In this document: positions 1-12,630 of the stretch, one piece after another
Numbering within the stretch: position 1 is the first letter of the stretch
How the letters are laid out: the number at the start of each line of letters is the position of its first letter
Assembly: GCA_951406725.2 (NCBI GenBank)
Contig: OX597835.1
Location: 37,634,001-37,698,000 of the forward strand
Source of the DNA: Octopus vulgaris
Lineage: Eukaryota
Reading direction: 5' to 3'
DNA: 64,000 nt
Position numbers and translations under genes: made by a program
The notes under the pieces: model-generated
Seen by the model: only the letters and a program-made list of their open reading frames with translations
Told to the model about the DNA's origin: nothing
Database searches by the model: none

Positions 1-87
1 TTAAACGATGATGATGATGATGATGATATATACTGATATATATGTATGTGTGTGTGCATTTGTGTGTATATATATATATATATAAAT

Positions 88-372
88 ATTCGAGCGTCAA
101 CGTTGCTTCACTGGCACCTGTGCTGGTGGCACGTGTAAAAGATTCGAGCAAGGTCATTGCCAGTACCACCTGACTGGCTCCCATGCCAGTGGCACGTAAA
201 AAGCACCCACTACACTCTCGGAGTGGTTGGCGTTAGGAAGGGCATCCAGCTGTAGAAACTCTGCCAAATCAGGATTGGAGCCTGATACAGCCATCTGGTT
301 CGCCAGCCCTCAGTCAAAATCGTCCAACCCATGTTAGCATGGAAAGCGGAGTTAAACGATGATGATGATGAT
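88..372 (+). mobile_element. Non-autonomous retroelement family C (RTE-type 3' tail, (GAT)n end), 5'-truncated
   Basis: Ends CCAACCCATGTTAGCATGGAAAGCGGAGTTAAAC(GAT)n; contains GTGGCACGTAAAAAGCACC modules; many similar copies in window. Confidence 0.75.
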
Positions 373-386
373 GTTTATATATGTAT

Positions 387-418
<32 letters not shown>

Positions 419-546
419 GTTTATATATGTATATATATATATATATATGTATATGTTTATATATATATACATATATAAACATATACATATATATATATAT
501 ATATATATACATATATACATATATACATATATACATATATATATAT

Positions 547-581
<35 letters not shown>

Positions 582-719
582 CATATATAAACATATACAT
601 GTATATGTATATGTTTATATATGTATGGAGAATCATTATACCATCATAATTAACACACACACTGGTTGAACTCCACTCATTTATTAAACATCCAATTATT
701 TTGTTTTTGTTTGTCAAAG

Positions 720-880
720 CTCTTTCGTTGCTTCCTGCAGCCTTTTCAGTGACTATTGACTTAAACTGGGGAGACATCAAGGAATATAGCAGAGAGGCAA
801 GACAGGATTCGGAGGAAAATATAATGACAAGGAGCAGTCCTCTATACTCTATCAACATGCCAAAAACCAACATGGTGTAA
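720..880 (+). CDS. Candidate terminal coding exon of an unidentified gene ([52 protein letters not shown])
   Basis: T-rich tract and AG at 718-719, open frame to TAA 878-880, AATAAA at 964-969; non-repetitive island; no homology recognised. Confidence 0.3.
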
Positions 881-1134
881 CACTGGGCCGAACTGACATC
901 TGCAATTTGTCCAGTCACCTGAAGAACCCATCACTTAGGCAAATACAAGGCTATGTCCTCATAAATAAAGCATTAACTGTACTAAATAAGAAATACATGT
1001 AGACTGTATAACTACCCCAATACCACAGATACCATGCACAAAGTATACATACATAGGTACATTTGTAAGTAGGCAGTCAAGTAGGTAAATAGGTATTTGG
1101 ATATGTATATATATATATATATATGTGTGTGTGT

Positions 1135-1465
1135 ACTGGATTCCGTACCTGTGGCACGTAAAAGGGCACCATTCGAGCGTGATCATTACCAACGTTGCTT
1201 CACTGGCACTTGTGTCGGTGGCACGTGTAAAAAGATTTGAGCGAGGTCATTGCCAGTACTGCCTTACTGGCCCCGTGCAGGTGGCACGTAAAAAGCACCC
1301 ACTACACTCTCGGAGTGGTTAGCGTTAGGAAGGGCATCCAGCTGTAGAAATTCTGCCAGATCAAGACTGGAACCTGGTGCAGCCATCTGGTTCACCAGCC
1401 CTCAGTCAAAACTGTCCAACCCATGCTAGCATGGAAAACGTACGTTAAATGATGATGATGATGAT
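1135..1465 (+). mobile_element. Family C element
   Basis: Same body and (GAT)n tail as 88-372. Confidence 0.75.
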
Positions 1466-1809
1466 GTATCAATTATAATCAAGGATAAAATCTAATTAAA
1501 AATCTAGTTCATTCATCTCAGTCATGTGTGAATAACCAAAATAATTCAGAAGTGAATAAATTTGGATAAATTTGGTTTAAAGGAATTCATACTTATCAAT
1601 TAAAATCAAGGATAAAATCTATATAGGATTTTATCAAGTGGCTACCATGTACAAGCCAATTAAAGTAAAAATTAATACTAAGTATTTCATTTTATAAGTA
1701 TAATTATTACAATTATTTTATAATTATATTGATAAAATTATATACTTTGTATAATAAATTCTCGTATATTCCATTTTACGTCTTTCATTTGCCATATATG
1801 TATATATAT

Positions 1810-1952
1810 ATATTGGGTCAGTAATTGTACCTTGTACTTATTCTTAGTGCAAGTTTTGAAGAGTGCAGTTCGATTTTAACAGTCGTATTTTCAAAGCTAT
1901 AATGGAAGTCATAAAGGAGGATATTTGGTGTATTTTGCTTTATGAGTTCAAT
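1810..1952 (+). mobile_element. Mariner 5' end and transposase N-terminus remnant
   Basis: MEVIKEDIWCILLYEFN resembles mariner N-terminal (EHIRHILLYEF-type) sequence; truncated by a family C insertion. Confidence 0.45.
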
Positions 1953-1954
1953 CG

Positions 1955-2385
1955 TCATCATCATCATCATCATCATCGTTTAACCTCCGTTTTCAATGCT
2001 AGCATGGGTTGGACGGTTCGACCGGGGCCTGGGAAGCCAGAAGGCTGCACCAGGCTCCAGTCTGATCTGGCAGTGTTTCTACACCTGGACGCCTTTCCTA
2101 ACGCCAACCACTCCATGAGTGTAGTGGATGCTTTTTATGTGCCAAGCATGGCTAGCAACGGCCACGATCCGTTGGTGCTTTTTACGTGCCACCGGCACGG
2201 AAGCCAGTCAAGGTGGTGCTGGCAACAGCCACGTTCGGATGGTACTTTTTACATGCCACTGGCACAGGTGCCAGACGAGGCTGGCAATGACCATGATTGG
2301 TTGATGTTTTTTACGTACCACTGGCACGGAAGCCAGCCAAGGCGGTCCTGCCAACAGCCATGTTTTGATGATGCTTTTTACGAAT
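1955..2385 (-). mobile_element. Family C element with several internal hairpin modules
   Basis: (CAT)n tail on + strand, reverse complement of family C body. Confidence 0.7.
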
Positions 2386-2628
2386 GGTATTAGAGACAGA
2401 ACAGGCAACTGAAGATATCCCTTTCTGGGAAAAACACAGGTGAAAATGACAAAAATAAGGCAGTACAAACGTTTAGAAGATAGTTACTCGTCAAAGAAAA
2501 TAGACAGGTCATGAAAATATAATTATCAAAAAAAAAAAATCACCCAGAAAAAACACAAGAAAAATCAACAACTCAAAGACGTGGTACATGCAAAGTATTA
2601 AAAGACAGTCAGTGAAAGAAAGAAGGGT

Positions 2629-2663
2629 GTTTTATGTTTCGAGCAAAGCTCTTCTTCAGAGAC
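2629..2663 (-). ncRNA. Minimal type I hammerhead motif, slightly decayed
   Basis: Minus strand GTCT-CTGAAGA-A-GAGC ttt GCTC-GAAA-CAT-A-AAAC. Confidence 0.5.
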
Positions 2664-3004
2664 AGGAGACAGGAAAGTGCAGGGGATATCAATTTTTTGC
2701 AGCTTTATATCTAAAAATGAAATGTCATCTGGTGCATTTAAATGTTTATTCTAGTATTTTGTAGGTTTTTCCTTGTGCCTGCTACATTAACATGTTTTTT
2801 AAAATCAAGCAATTTCTGCACAAATGAAATGGCACAATGGGGCTCTGTCTATTTACTTTTAAGACATCTGGTAAGAAGTTTGCTTCGGAAACACCTGGTT
2901 CTGGGTTCAGTCCCATTACATACCACCTTGGTCAAGTGTCTTGTACCATAGCCACAGCTTGACCAAAGCCTTGTGAGTGGGTTTGGTAAGCAGAAATATG
3001 GCAC

Positions 3005-3330
3005 TAACTCTCTGTCAATTATGACAATGAGGGTTCCAGTTGATCCGATCAACAGAACAGCCTGCTCATGAAATTAACATACAAGTGGCTGAGTACTCCA
3101 CAGAGACATGTACCCTTAATGTAGTTCTTAGGGAGATACCGCATGACACAGAGTGTACCAAGGCTGGCCCCTTTGAAATACAGACACTACTCATTTTTGC
3201 AAGTTGAGTGGACTAGTGGAGTAATGTGAAATAAAGTGCCTTGCTCAAGGATACAGCCTGTTGCCAAGAATTGAACTCGTGACCTTACGATCTTGAGCTG
3301 AATACCCTATCCACTAAGTCATGTGTCATT
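3005..3330 (-). mobile_element. tRNA-derived SINE family D (CTTGAGCAAGGCACTT conserved domain)
   Basis: Homologous to copies at 11875-12630, 52500-52765, 59400-59740 and 60480-60640. Confidence 0.6.
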
Positions 3331-3491
3331 GCAAGCAGAAAGATATAAATGCTGTATACACACCCATACACATATATGATGGACTTCTTTCAGTTTCTGT
3401 CAACCAAATCCATTCACAAGTCTCTTGCGTGTGTACTGTTGGCGATTTTTTTCCCTCTGTCTTCCCTTCTCTGGATCTTTCCTTCTCCTAT

Positions 3492-3526
3492 GTTTCCGAC
3501 GAAGAGCTCTGCTCGAAACGTTAAAC
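3492..3526 (+). ncRNA. Minimal type I hammerhead motif (U4C) inside a ~200 bp pyrimidine-rich element (3420-3628)
   Basis: GTTT-CCGACGA-A-GAGC tct GCTC-GAAA-CGT-T-AAAC: stem I GTTT/AAAC, stem II GAGC/GCTC, palindromic stem III ACGT. Confidence 0.55.
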
Positions 3527-4297
3527 CCTCCTTCTTTCCTTTTTTCCCGAGCGTCCAATAATACTATATTTGTTCCATGTCCTCGCGTTGTTGTGTTTTC
3601 TCTTTGTGTTTTCATGTTTGGATTAACTGTATATATATATATATCTGTGTGTATGTCTCTGTGTCTGTGTTTGTCCCCAATCACTGATTGACAACCAGTG
3701 TTGGTGTGTTTACATCCCTATAACCTAGTAGTTCTACAAAAAAAAAAAGGATTTTGAAAACTGATAGAATAAATACCATGTTCAACAAAAAATTAACCAA
3801 GCACTGGGGTCAATTTATTCAACTAAAATTCTTCAAGGCGTTGCTCCAGCATGGCCAGAGTCTAATGACCGAAATAAGTAAAAGTTAAAAGATAGACACA
3901 CGTACGCACGCCCACACATGCACATACATGCACGCTCATGCATGCACACAGGTGCACACACATGTGCACACATACAAGCATGCACACACATACGCATGCA
4001 CACACATACAACAACACCGCATTCACTTCTGTGTATAATATAACACACTCCTATCCCCACAGTGTCGTCTTCATTCTTATGTTATGGAAACTTCTCAAGA
4101 GAAAACCATTTCTTCCTCTCAGATGGAATGATTAAAATTCCAAAATAGTTCTGCTTCTACCATCACAAGGAATATTCTGGTGACTGGAGGTGCTGAGATG
4201 CTAAAAATATATTGTGTAAATACAAACCTCTGTTTTTCAATCTCCATTTGTCTGTTTGTCTGTCTTTTTTTTTTGTGTATAATCTGCCTTTTTTGCG

Positions 4298-4329
<32 letters not shown>

Positions 4330-4429
4330 CATACATATTATATATATATATATATCTTTGTATATTATATATATAATATTAATATATACATATATATATT
4401 TGTATGTGTATATATATATATATATAATA

Positions 4430-4461
<32 letters not shown>

Positions 4462-4530
4462 CATACATACATATGTATATATATATATGCATATACACAT
4501 ACAAATATATATGTATTTGTATGTGTGTAT

Positions 4531-4581
<51 letters not shown>

Positions 4582-5209
4582 CCTCTCTCTGTGTTCCTCT
4601 CTCTTTGTCTCTTGCTTTCTGTCACTCTCTCCCCCTCCCTCTCAGCCTCTCTTTCTCTCTCTCTCCCTCTCTCTTTCTTGCTCTTCCAAGAAGTGGAATG
4701 CCTTCCTCTGTATTTTTGCCAAGTCTTCACGGAAAAGACCTGCTGTGATCTTTTAATATCTCTTGCTTTACTTCGCCTGTCTCTGTTCCAGTCGACACAG
4801 TCTCAGTGTTCTCTTCCTCATCATATTACTCCACCTCTTCAGACACTGCCACCACCACCACCACCAACAAACAACAAAAACAACATGCCCACACTCCCCC
4901 CCACGCATTTATTGTCACTATTATTACCATCATCATTATCATAAATGTGACCAGCATCACCATTATACACCACCACCACCACCACTGCCTTCATCATCAA
5001 CACCACCACCAACACTGCTGTCATCATCCCCATCACCACCACTACCGTCACCGCCACCATTACCATCAATACCAGCGCGACTATTGCCACCACAACCACA
5101 ACAACCAACACCACCACAATGATGTCAATCATGATCACCACATCCACACTACCGCCATCACAAGCTCAACTACCACCGCCAAAAACACCTCCATCACCAC
5201 CACCACCAG

Positions 5210-6580
5210 CTCTCTGAACTTTGCCCAGCTTATTCTTATTCTGACAGCTATGCTCTCAGAGCAGCCATCTTCACTACTAACTTGGTCACCTAGATAACGG
5301 AAGCTATCTACTACCTCTAGCTTACCCCCACTGGCAGCTGATGGAGTCTATTTTCTGTATATTTTCGGTGTTTATTGCACCTGTGCATCTTCCACACACA
5401 AAATCTATTTCCCTGTTAACCTTCCTCTGATATTGCTGCACGTCTCATGTGTCTGTAGCTTACACCGAGAACATCTTATGGAGTTTCTACCTATGTTTTT
5501 TCTACAGATCAAGCAGGGCCATCTATCTGAAGGGATTTGTGATTTGTCTGCCTTCCTACTTACTAAGACTTTGGTTTATGCCAGGTTAGCGCTGAGGCCC
5601 TTTGATTCTGGACTTTGCTTCCATACCTGAAACTTCTTCTCTGGTTCTGGTAGTGATTCAGCTATAAGAAGAAAGTCATCAGCATAGAGGAGCTCCCAGG
5701 AGCAGCCTGTCTTAAATTCCTCTGTTATTGCCTGGAGAACTATGATGAACAAGATGGGGCTGAGAACCAATCCTTGGTGAACCCCTACTTGTACCTTGAA
5801 TTCTTCACTGTACTCATTGCCAACCCTCACTTTACTGGTAGCACCCCTGTACATTGCTCATACAGCTCCCACCAACCACTCATCAATCCATAGTTTCAAC
5901 ATTGGTGATGAGATAAGGGATTGGGGGACCCTGTCAAAGGCTTTCTCCATGTCAATGACAGCAAGGTACAGAGGTTTATCTTTGGCTAGGTATTTCTCCT
6001 GCAGTTGCTTTACCAAAAATATAGCATCAGTGGTGCTTCTCCCTGGCACAAAAACCGAACTGCATCTCATCTAGTCTAACTCTCTCCCTAATTAGTTGGT
6101 CTATGACCCTCTCCATAACTTTCATCATCAGATCCAATAATTTGATACCTCTATAATTATTTCTATCTAAAGCATCACCTTTACCTTTGTAGTTGTTGAC
6201 TATGGTGCTGTTATACCAGTTGTTGGGGATAACTCCTTCATGAACCATTTGATTTACAATATGGGTGACTAGACCAAAACTCACACCACCAGATATTTTA
6301 AGCGTCTCAGTGGTGATTCCTGATGGGACAAGTGCTTTCCCTGTCTTCATATCCTTAATTGCATTATCTACCAAGGTACTATCAATTCATATAACTGGTC
6401 CCTCAATTGGGTCAACATTTGGGAGACTCTCCTCCTCCCATTCATTCTCGATGTTCAGAAGTCTTTCCTAATGGCATTTTCAAGCCTCTTTCTTTGCAGA
6501 ATCATTAAATACAAGTGCCCCATCATCCATGCGAGCACATTTCTCTCCCATGACATCACAATTTTCTCTCTCACACTGTC
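5210..6580 (-). mobile_element. RTE-clade LINE reverse transcriptase fragment, frameshifted
   Basis: ORF pieces with NYRGIKLL, GRSTTDAIF, DMEKAFDRVP, GVHQG..LSP.LF, LLYADD, then EVVDSFRYLG. Confidence 0.9.
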
Positions 6581-6589
6581 CTAACCCTA

Positions 6590-6675
6590 ACCACGCACAA
6601 CGCCCGGTCTGAGAATTGAAACGGCGATCCTTCGACCACGAGTCTGCTGCCCTAACCATTGGGCCATTGTGCCTC

Positions 6676-6677
<2 letters not shown>
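6590..6677 (-). mobile_element. tRNA-derived SINE head
   Basis: Minus strand GGAGGCACAATGGCCCAATGGTTAGGG...GTTTCAATTC: A-box and B-box-like motifs. Confidence 0.55.
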
Positions 6678-6723
<46 letters not shown>

Positions 6724-6726
<3 letters not shown>

Positions 6727-6923
6727 GGAAAGTTTACGGAAATAAACAAAAGACGAAGGCAGGTGGAGTATAAACAAACAAATGTATTAGCATGGCGCTC
6801 AGGAATAGAAATAAAACAAGTCTTTTACATTTCGAGCCTACGCTCTTCGACAGAAAGATACACAGAAAAAAAACAAGGAGAGAAAAAAATGTGTGTAGGA
6901 GCTAACGATCTATCATGGCATCC
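6724..6923 (-). mobile_element. ~200 bp (TA)n-embedded element family H1 with a hammerhead-like motif at 6819-6860
   Basis: Minus strand CTTT-CTGTCGA-A-GAGC gtag GCTC-GAAA-TGT-A-AAAG; four further copies in window. Confidence 0.65.
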
Positions 6924-7693
6924 TATATATATATATGTGGATTCAAGTAATCTGGTAGTACTCATAAATAAAAGCTCCATAACGTATCATTCTACAAAAC
7001 ATATAGAATACATAGTATGATACAAGAGAATGCAATAAAATCATAAATGACAGAGAAATAGTTTATGAAATTTTATTTAACAGTAAGAAAATTCTAAAAT
7101 CACGACAAATTGTTTTGTAACTTAAATAAAATATATAACAATATAAATTATTAACATGTTTTTAAGTTACGCAACAATTTTTGTGATATTATATAATATA
7201 GCAGATATTATATAACAGTGTGTTACTAATACATCCTATAATTCATTTTATATGGTTATATTCAAACAAAATTCAGATAATTTCATTTTTTTATAATTTT
7301 ATTTCAGATTTTAATTTACCTACCTGTAATTAGAGGTAGCTTTGAGAAAAAAATACTTGCTTACAGATTTATCTAAAAATGTTTTCTTTTCTTCAAACTG
7401 CCATTTAATGCATGAGAAACAAGAAAAAGAAATTCTGTTTGTCTTTTAAAGTCGGTCTAGATTCACGATTGCTTTAGAATTTAATTGAAACGTACAGGGA
7501 GTGTAGTTTAATTAGAAATCAATTATATATTTGTGATTTTGTGCGTATGCATGTCTGTGTGTGCATGTACATGCACATGTATACATGTGCTGGTGTGTTT
7601 ATGGTTTGGAACAGGGTGAATTATTTATTATTCACATCAGATACAGACAGAAAAATGCAGAAAGGTATACATACATGCATACGTACATCTTGC

Positions 7694-7738
<45 letters not shown>

Positions 7739-7762
7739 TGAGAGATAGATAGATAGATATAA

Positions 7763-7974
7763 GGTGGCGAGCTGGCAGAAACGTTGGCAGGCTGGGCGAA
7801 ATGCTTAGCAGTATTTCACCTGCCGTTACGTACTGAGTTCAAATTCCGCCGAGGTCAACTTTGCCTTTTATCCTTTCGGGGTCGAAAAATTAAGTACCAG
7901 TTACGCACTGGGGTCAATGTAATCTACTTAATCCGTTTGTCTGTCCTTGTTTGTCCCCTCTATGTTTAGCCCCA
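7763..7974 (+). mobile_element. tRNA-derived SINE family B (Meta-domain-like)
   Basis: GGCAGAAACGTT...GAGTTCAAATTCCGCCGAGGTCAACTTTGCCTTT.ATCCTTTCGGGGTCG..AAATTAAGTACCAG, resembling the MetaSINE/Sauria-type central domain. Confidence 0.75.
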
Positions 7975-7993
7975 GAAATGAGATAGATATATA

Positions 7994-8155
7994 GGTGCGG
8001 GAGTGGCTGTGTGGTAAGTAGCTTGCTAACCAACCACATGGTTCCAGGTTCAGTCCCACTGCGTGGCATCTTGGGCAAGTGTTTTCTGCTATAACCCCGG
8101 GCCGACCAATGCCTTGTGAGTGGATTTGGTAGATGGAAACTGAAAGAAGCCTGTC

Positions 8156-8199
<44 letters not shown>

Positions 8200-8412
8200 A
8201 TATGTTTGTGTGTCTGTGTTTGTCCCCCTAGCATTGCTTGACAACCGATGCTGGTGTGTTTACGTCCCCTTCACTTAGTGGTTCGGCAAAAAGACCGATA
8301 GAATAAGTACTGGGCTTACAAAGAATAAGTCCTGGGGTCGATTTGCTCGACTAAAGGCAGTGCTCCAGTATGGCCGCAGTCAAATGACTGAAACAAGTAA
8401 AAGAGTAAAGAG
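7994..8412 (+). mobile_element. tRNA-derived SINE family A (CORE-like domain, internal (TA)n(TG)n, CR1-like tail), full length
   Basis: GGAGTGGCTGTGTGGTAAG (A box), GGTTCAGTCCC (B box), TTGGGCAAGTG; tail GTGCTCCAGTATGGCCGCAGTCAAATGACTGAAAC followed by AAAGAGT repeats. Confidence 0.85.
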
Positions 8413-8939
8413 AGAATATAGATAGATAGATAGATAGATATGTAAATATATATAAAGGGTGTAATTGGTAAATTGTCACACATGCACATTGTTTGTTTTT
8501 GAGTTTATCGACTACTCAGTATAGTAGGGTCAGTTGGGCACCATCTATGACAAAAACAGCACCATAACATAATTCACTCTACCAGAAATTTAGAAAGGAT
8601 ATACTGTACTGCTTGGCATTCACTCCAGATGCTCCAGTACCGACATTTCAGGTGCTGAATCTAGCAAAGAGGGTGGGTGCAGAAGTGATGCCAGGGTACT
8701 TTTGGTAAGAAACTCACAAGGGAAGAGAGATCATTGACAGTGTGCTTTGCTGTTGTGGAGAATTCTATTCTTCATGTTCCACAGATTCGGTCACTTTCGC
8801 TAAATGTCCGCTCTCAAATTCTTCAAAATTCACTCTCAATTGGCAGTCTGGCTCTGGGGGATGAATTCTTGAAGCACAATACTGCGGATGTCAAAAATAC
8901 GATAAGCATGCTCTTGATTGAGCAGCGGCTCTGACAGGC

Positions 8940-9345
8940 CATTCACAGTGCTTGTGTCACTCAAAAACATGCATACGACCCGTTACCTTATTGCTGTAAG
9001 GTTGCCAAAGTATGCTCAATATCTCTGTAGCAGACTTCCCAAGTTTTACATAAAATTTCATGCTGGCACTTTGTTCTAACTTGCTCTCCATGACAAAGAT
9101 CACAGACTATACAAAAATATGTAATCACAAAAGCTCAAATTTCACAATTTACAAAGTAAACAGAATATAGGCGCAGGAGTGGCTGTGTGGTAAGTAGCTT
9201 GTTACCAGCCACATGGTTCCGGGTTCAGTCCCACTGCGTGGCACCTTGGGCAAGTGTCTTCTACTATAGCCTCTGGCTGACCAAAGCCTTGTGAGTGGAT
9301 TTGGTAGACGGAAACTGAAAGAAGCCCGTCGTATATATATATATA

Positions 9346-9387
<42 letters not shown>

Positions 9388-9670
9388 TGTGTGTGTTTGT
9401 GCTACTGTGTTTGTCCCCCTAGCATTGCTTGACAACCGATGCTGGTGTGTTTATGTCCCCGTTACTTAGCAGTTCGGCATAAGAGACCAATAGAATAAGT
9501 ACTGGGCTTACAAAAGAATAAGTCCCGGGGTCGAGTTGCTCGATTAAAGGCAGTGCTCCAGCATGGCTTCATGAAGGTCACTGCTAGCTTTCCCTGAGCA
9601 TACAACCATGTGCTGCCACCTGTTAGTGCACTACAGAACTACGCCGGGAACCTTTTGATACCACCTTGTA
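8940..9670 (-). mobile_element. Mariner transposon 5' portion interrupted by a SINE A copy
   Basis: TIR-like TACAAGGTGGTATCAAAAGGTTCCCGG at ~9643-9670; minus frame LEQSASMKFYVKLGKSATEIL resembles mariner EQRxxIKFCVKLGKSATET. Confidence 0.65.
9170..9567 (+). mobile_element. SINE family A
   Basis: Highly similar to 7994-8412. Confidence 0.85.
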
Positions 9671-10686
9671 TATATCTGTGTATATAGCTGTGTGTGTGTG
9701 TGCCTGTGCGTGTGTGTGTGTGTGTGTCTGTATGTGTATAGCCTTGCTCACATGATAGTTATAAACATGCATCACCATTGTACATCCTGCCTAGCCATGG
9801 AGGAATATTATCTTACTTGGAAACAGGTGAAGGTTGGTGAAAGGAAGGGCATCCCAGCTGTAGAAAATCTGTCTCAATGAATTCCATCTGACTTATGGAA
9901 TAGGTGGAAAAGTAGATGTTAAGATAATAATGATGATGATGGTGATGATGATTGTGAGGAGGAGGAGGAGGAGGAGGATTGAAGATGCTGATGATGATGA
10001 TAGTGATGATGATGATATATACATACACACTTGCACACACGCATGCATGCACACTACACCTATACACACACATATTCATATACATGTGTATATGTGTGTG
10101 CGTATATGTATCGATGCATTTATATAAGTGTATGCATGCCTTTGAATAAAAGCATATGTATGCGTAGGTGTATGTATATATGTGTGTTTGAGCACATGTT
10201 TGTGTATATATATATATTGGTTGTATGTGTGTTTGAGTGTGTGTGTGTGTGTACACATATGCATGTGGCTGCATGTGTATCTGTGTATGTGCAAGTATAT
10301 GTGTGTGTATGTGCACGCATGTGTGTGTGTGTGTGTGTGTGTGTTTGATAACAAATAGTTGAATGTGTGAAGGGTATATATATATATTTTTAATCTGAGT
10401 GAACCGAAATGCCAGAGGCTGATTCTCTGCACCTGGTGTGATTTGCCAGTTCCAATTTCTAAAATACTTTTGCAATAATTCCTTACTGCTGCGTTTGGCA
10501 TAATGGTTTGTGACAAATGATGACACAACACAGTACAGCATGCCTGTACAAGATGGCCGATAAATCATCACCATCATCATCATCATCATCATCATTTCAT
10601 GTCTGTCCTTCTGTGCTCACGTGGGTAGATTAGAATTTGTTCTATAGCTGAATGCCCTTCCTGTCGCCTATCTGAGGAGAGTCCCT

Positions 10687-11106
10687 TTACTCTTTTTACT
10701 CTTTTACTTGTTTCAGTCATTTTTGACTGCGGCCATGCTGGAGCACCACCTTTAATCGAGCAACTCGACCCCGGGACTTATTCTTTGTAAGCCCAGTACT
10801 TATTCTATCGGTCTCTTTTGCCGAACCGCTAAGTGACGGGGACATAAACACACCAGCATCGGTTGTCAAGCAATGCTAGGGGGACAAAAAAGACACACAA
10901 GCATACACGCACACACACACACACACATATATATATACATGTATACGACGGGCTTCTTTCAGTTTCCGTCCACCAAATCCACTCACAAGGCTTTGGTCGG
11001 CCCGAGGCTATAGTAGAAGACACTTGCCCAAGGTGCCACGCAGTGGGACTGAACCCGGAACCATGTGGCTGGTAAACAAGCTACTTACCACTCAGCCACT
11101 CCTGCC
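10687..11106 (-). mobile_element. SINE family A
   Basis: Full-length reverse-complement copy. Confidence 0.85.
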
Positions 11107-11107
11107 A

Positions 11108-11238
11108 TTTTCTTTTTGTGCCTTATTATGTAACACACTCACTGGTAAAAATTTAAAAAGTAAAATAAAAAAATAAAAATAAGAAAAAGTGGAAATTTTA
11201 CCAGTTAGTGTGTTACATAATTAGGCACAAAAAGAAAA
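11108..11238. repeat. Fold-back inverted repeat (~40 bp arms)
   Basis: TTTCTTTTTGTGCCTTATTATGTAACACACTCACTGGTAAAA versus TTTTACCAGTTAGTGTGTTACATAATTAGGCACAAAAAGAAA. Confidence 0.75.
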
Positions 11239-11364
11239 TGACTCTCCCCAGACACAACAGAATATGCTTCAACACTCGCACTCATATAAAGAATCTTGCA
11301 AACCAAATCCAAAAACGAAATATTTCTCCCATAGCTAGACATGTTTTCACAGAATATTCTTTTC

Positions 11365-11755
11365 TATTCTGGGTACAAGGCCTGAAATTTTGGGGGCAGG
11401 GCCCAGTTGATTAGATCAACCTCAGTAAGCAACTGGTACTTAATTTATTGACCTCGAAAGGATGAAAGACAAAGTTGACCTCGGCGAAATTTGAACTCAG
11501 AATATAAAGACAGGCAAAATACCTATTTCTTTACTACCCACAAGGGGCTAAACACAGAGGGGACAAACAAGGACAGACAAATGAATTAAGTCGATTATAT
11601 CGACCTCAGTGCGTAACTGGTACTTATTTAATCGACCCCAAAAGGATGAAAGGCAAAGTCAACCTTGGCGGAATCTGAACTCAGAACATAGCGGCGGACG
11701 AAATACCGCTCAGCATTTCGCTCGGCCTGCTAACGTTTCTGCCAGCTCGCTGCCT
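11365..11755 (-). mobile_element. Two SINE B copies (younger 11521-11752 adjoining or inserted into an older one)
   Basis: Meta-like domain appears twice, at ~11430-11500 and ~11615-11685. Confidence 0.7.
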
Positions 11756-11874
11756 TGTTTCCACAGAATATTGGAAACGAATGACACTGCCCATATGTCA
11801 GTGATACTTGTGTATCTCAATCACACAATGCCAAAGCAAGGAGACCTCTACATCTATGTAGAAAATATAACATG

Positions 11875-12630
11875 TGTCACAGGGCTCAGTGGTTAGAGTG
11901 TCAGGCTCACAATCATGAGGTAGTGAGTTCAATTCCTGGATCAGGCTGTGTGTTGTGTTCTTGAGCAGTACACTTTATTTCCGTTACTTCAGTTCACTCA
12001 GCTGTAGAAATGAGTTGCAATTTCACTGGTGCCAAGCTGTGTCAGTTTTTGCCTTTCCCTGGATAACATCGGTGGCATAGAGAGGGGAAGATGGTATGCA
12101 TGGGTGACTGCTGGTTTTCCATAAACCACCTTGCCCAGACTTGTGCCTTGGAGGGTAATTAGGATCTTTTCGGTTTGAACGGCAGTTTTTAACATAATTT
12201 CTAGGTAACTAAAACATTTAAAACTTCGTATACTGGTAGAATGTGTTTATAAAACATCTTTTTCTCTTGGCTTTATTGGAAAATTCTATAGTTTGTAAGA
12301 TATTTGTTGTTTTTTCTCAATTTCTGCAATTTCAACCAATCACTGACGTCTATTGAGGCAAAAAAACATTCTGTGCCGTATGAATATGTCCCTCGTTTAA
12401 GAAACAGATTGGGTTTATTTACATTTCTGAAGAAAAAAAAGATACCCTTCCCCACACCCCTAACCCTAACCCTAAAATAGATTGAAATGCAATAGATTGA
12501 TACTAGGCTCATAATTATGGGTGATAATTTTATATGACACCACTAGAAAAAACTGCTGTTCAAACCGAAAAGATTCGGTAACTATCTGGGTGCAATCCCA
12601 TGGTCAGTCATGACCAAAGGAAGTCTTATG
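11875..12630 (+). mobile_element. SINE family D split by a MITE
   Basis: Collinear with the uninterrupted copy at 59400-59740 once 12162-12576 is removed. Confidence 0.65.
12162..12576. mobile_element. MITE / non-autonomous DNA transposon, ~29 bp TIRs and 8 bp TSD (Merlin- or hAT-like)
   Basis: GGATCTTTTCGGTTTGAACGGCAGTTTTT ... AAAAACTGCTGTTCAAACCGAAAAGATTC; flanks GGTAATTA / GGTAACTA. Confidence 0.8.

Noticed and set aside
457-918. 153 aa minus-strand ORF
   Set aside because: Half is TA microsatellite; the plus strand has better splice and poly(A) signals
7994-8065. tRNA gene calls at SINE heads
   Set aside because: A and B boxes are present but there is no complete cloverleaf; all continue into SINE bodies
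10433-10543. Possible 111 bp minus-strand exon (GMLYCVVSSFVTNHYAKRSSKELLQKYFRNWNWQITP)
   Set aside because: Weak donor GTGCAG, two open frames, no recognisable homology
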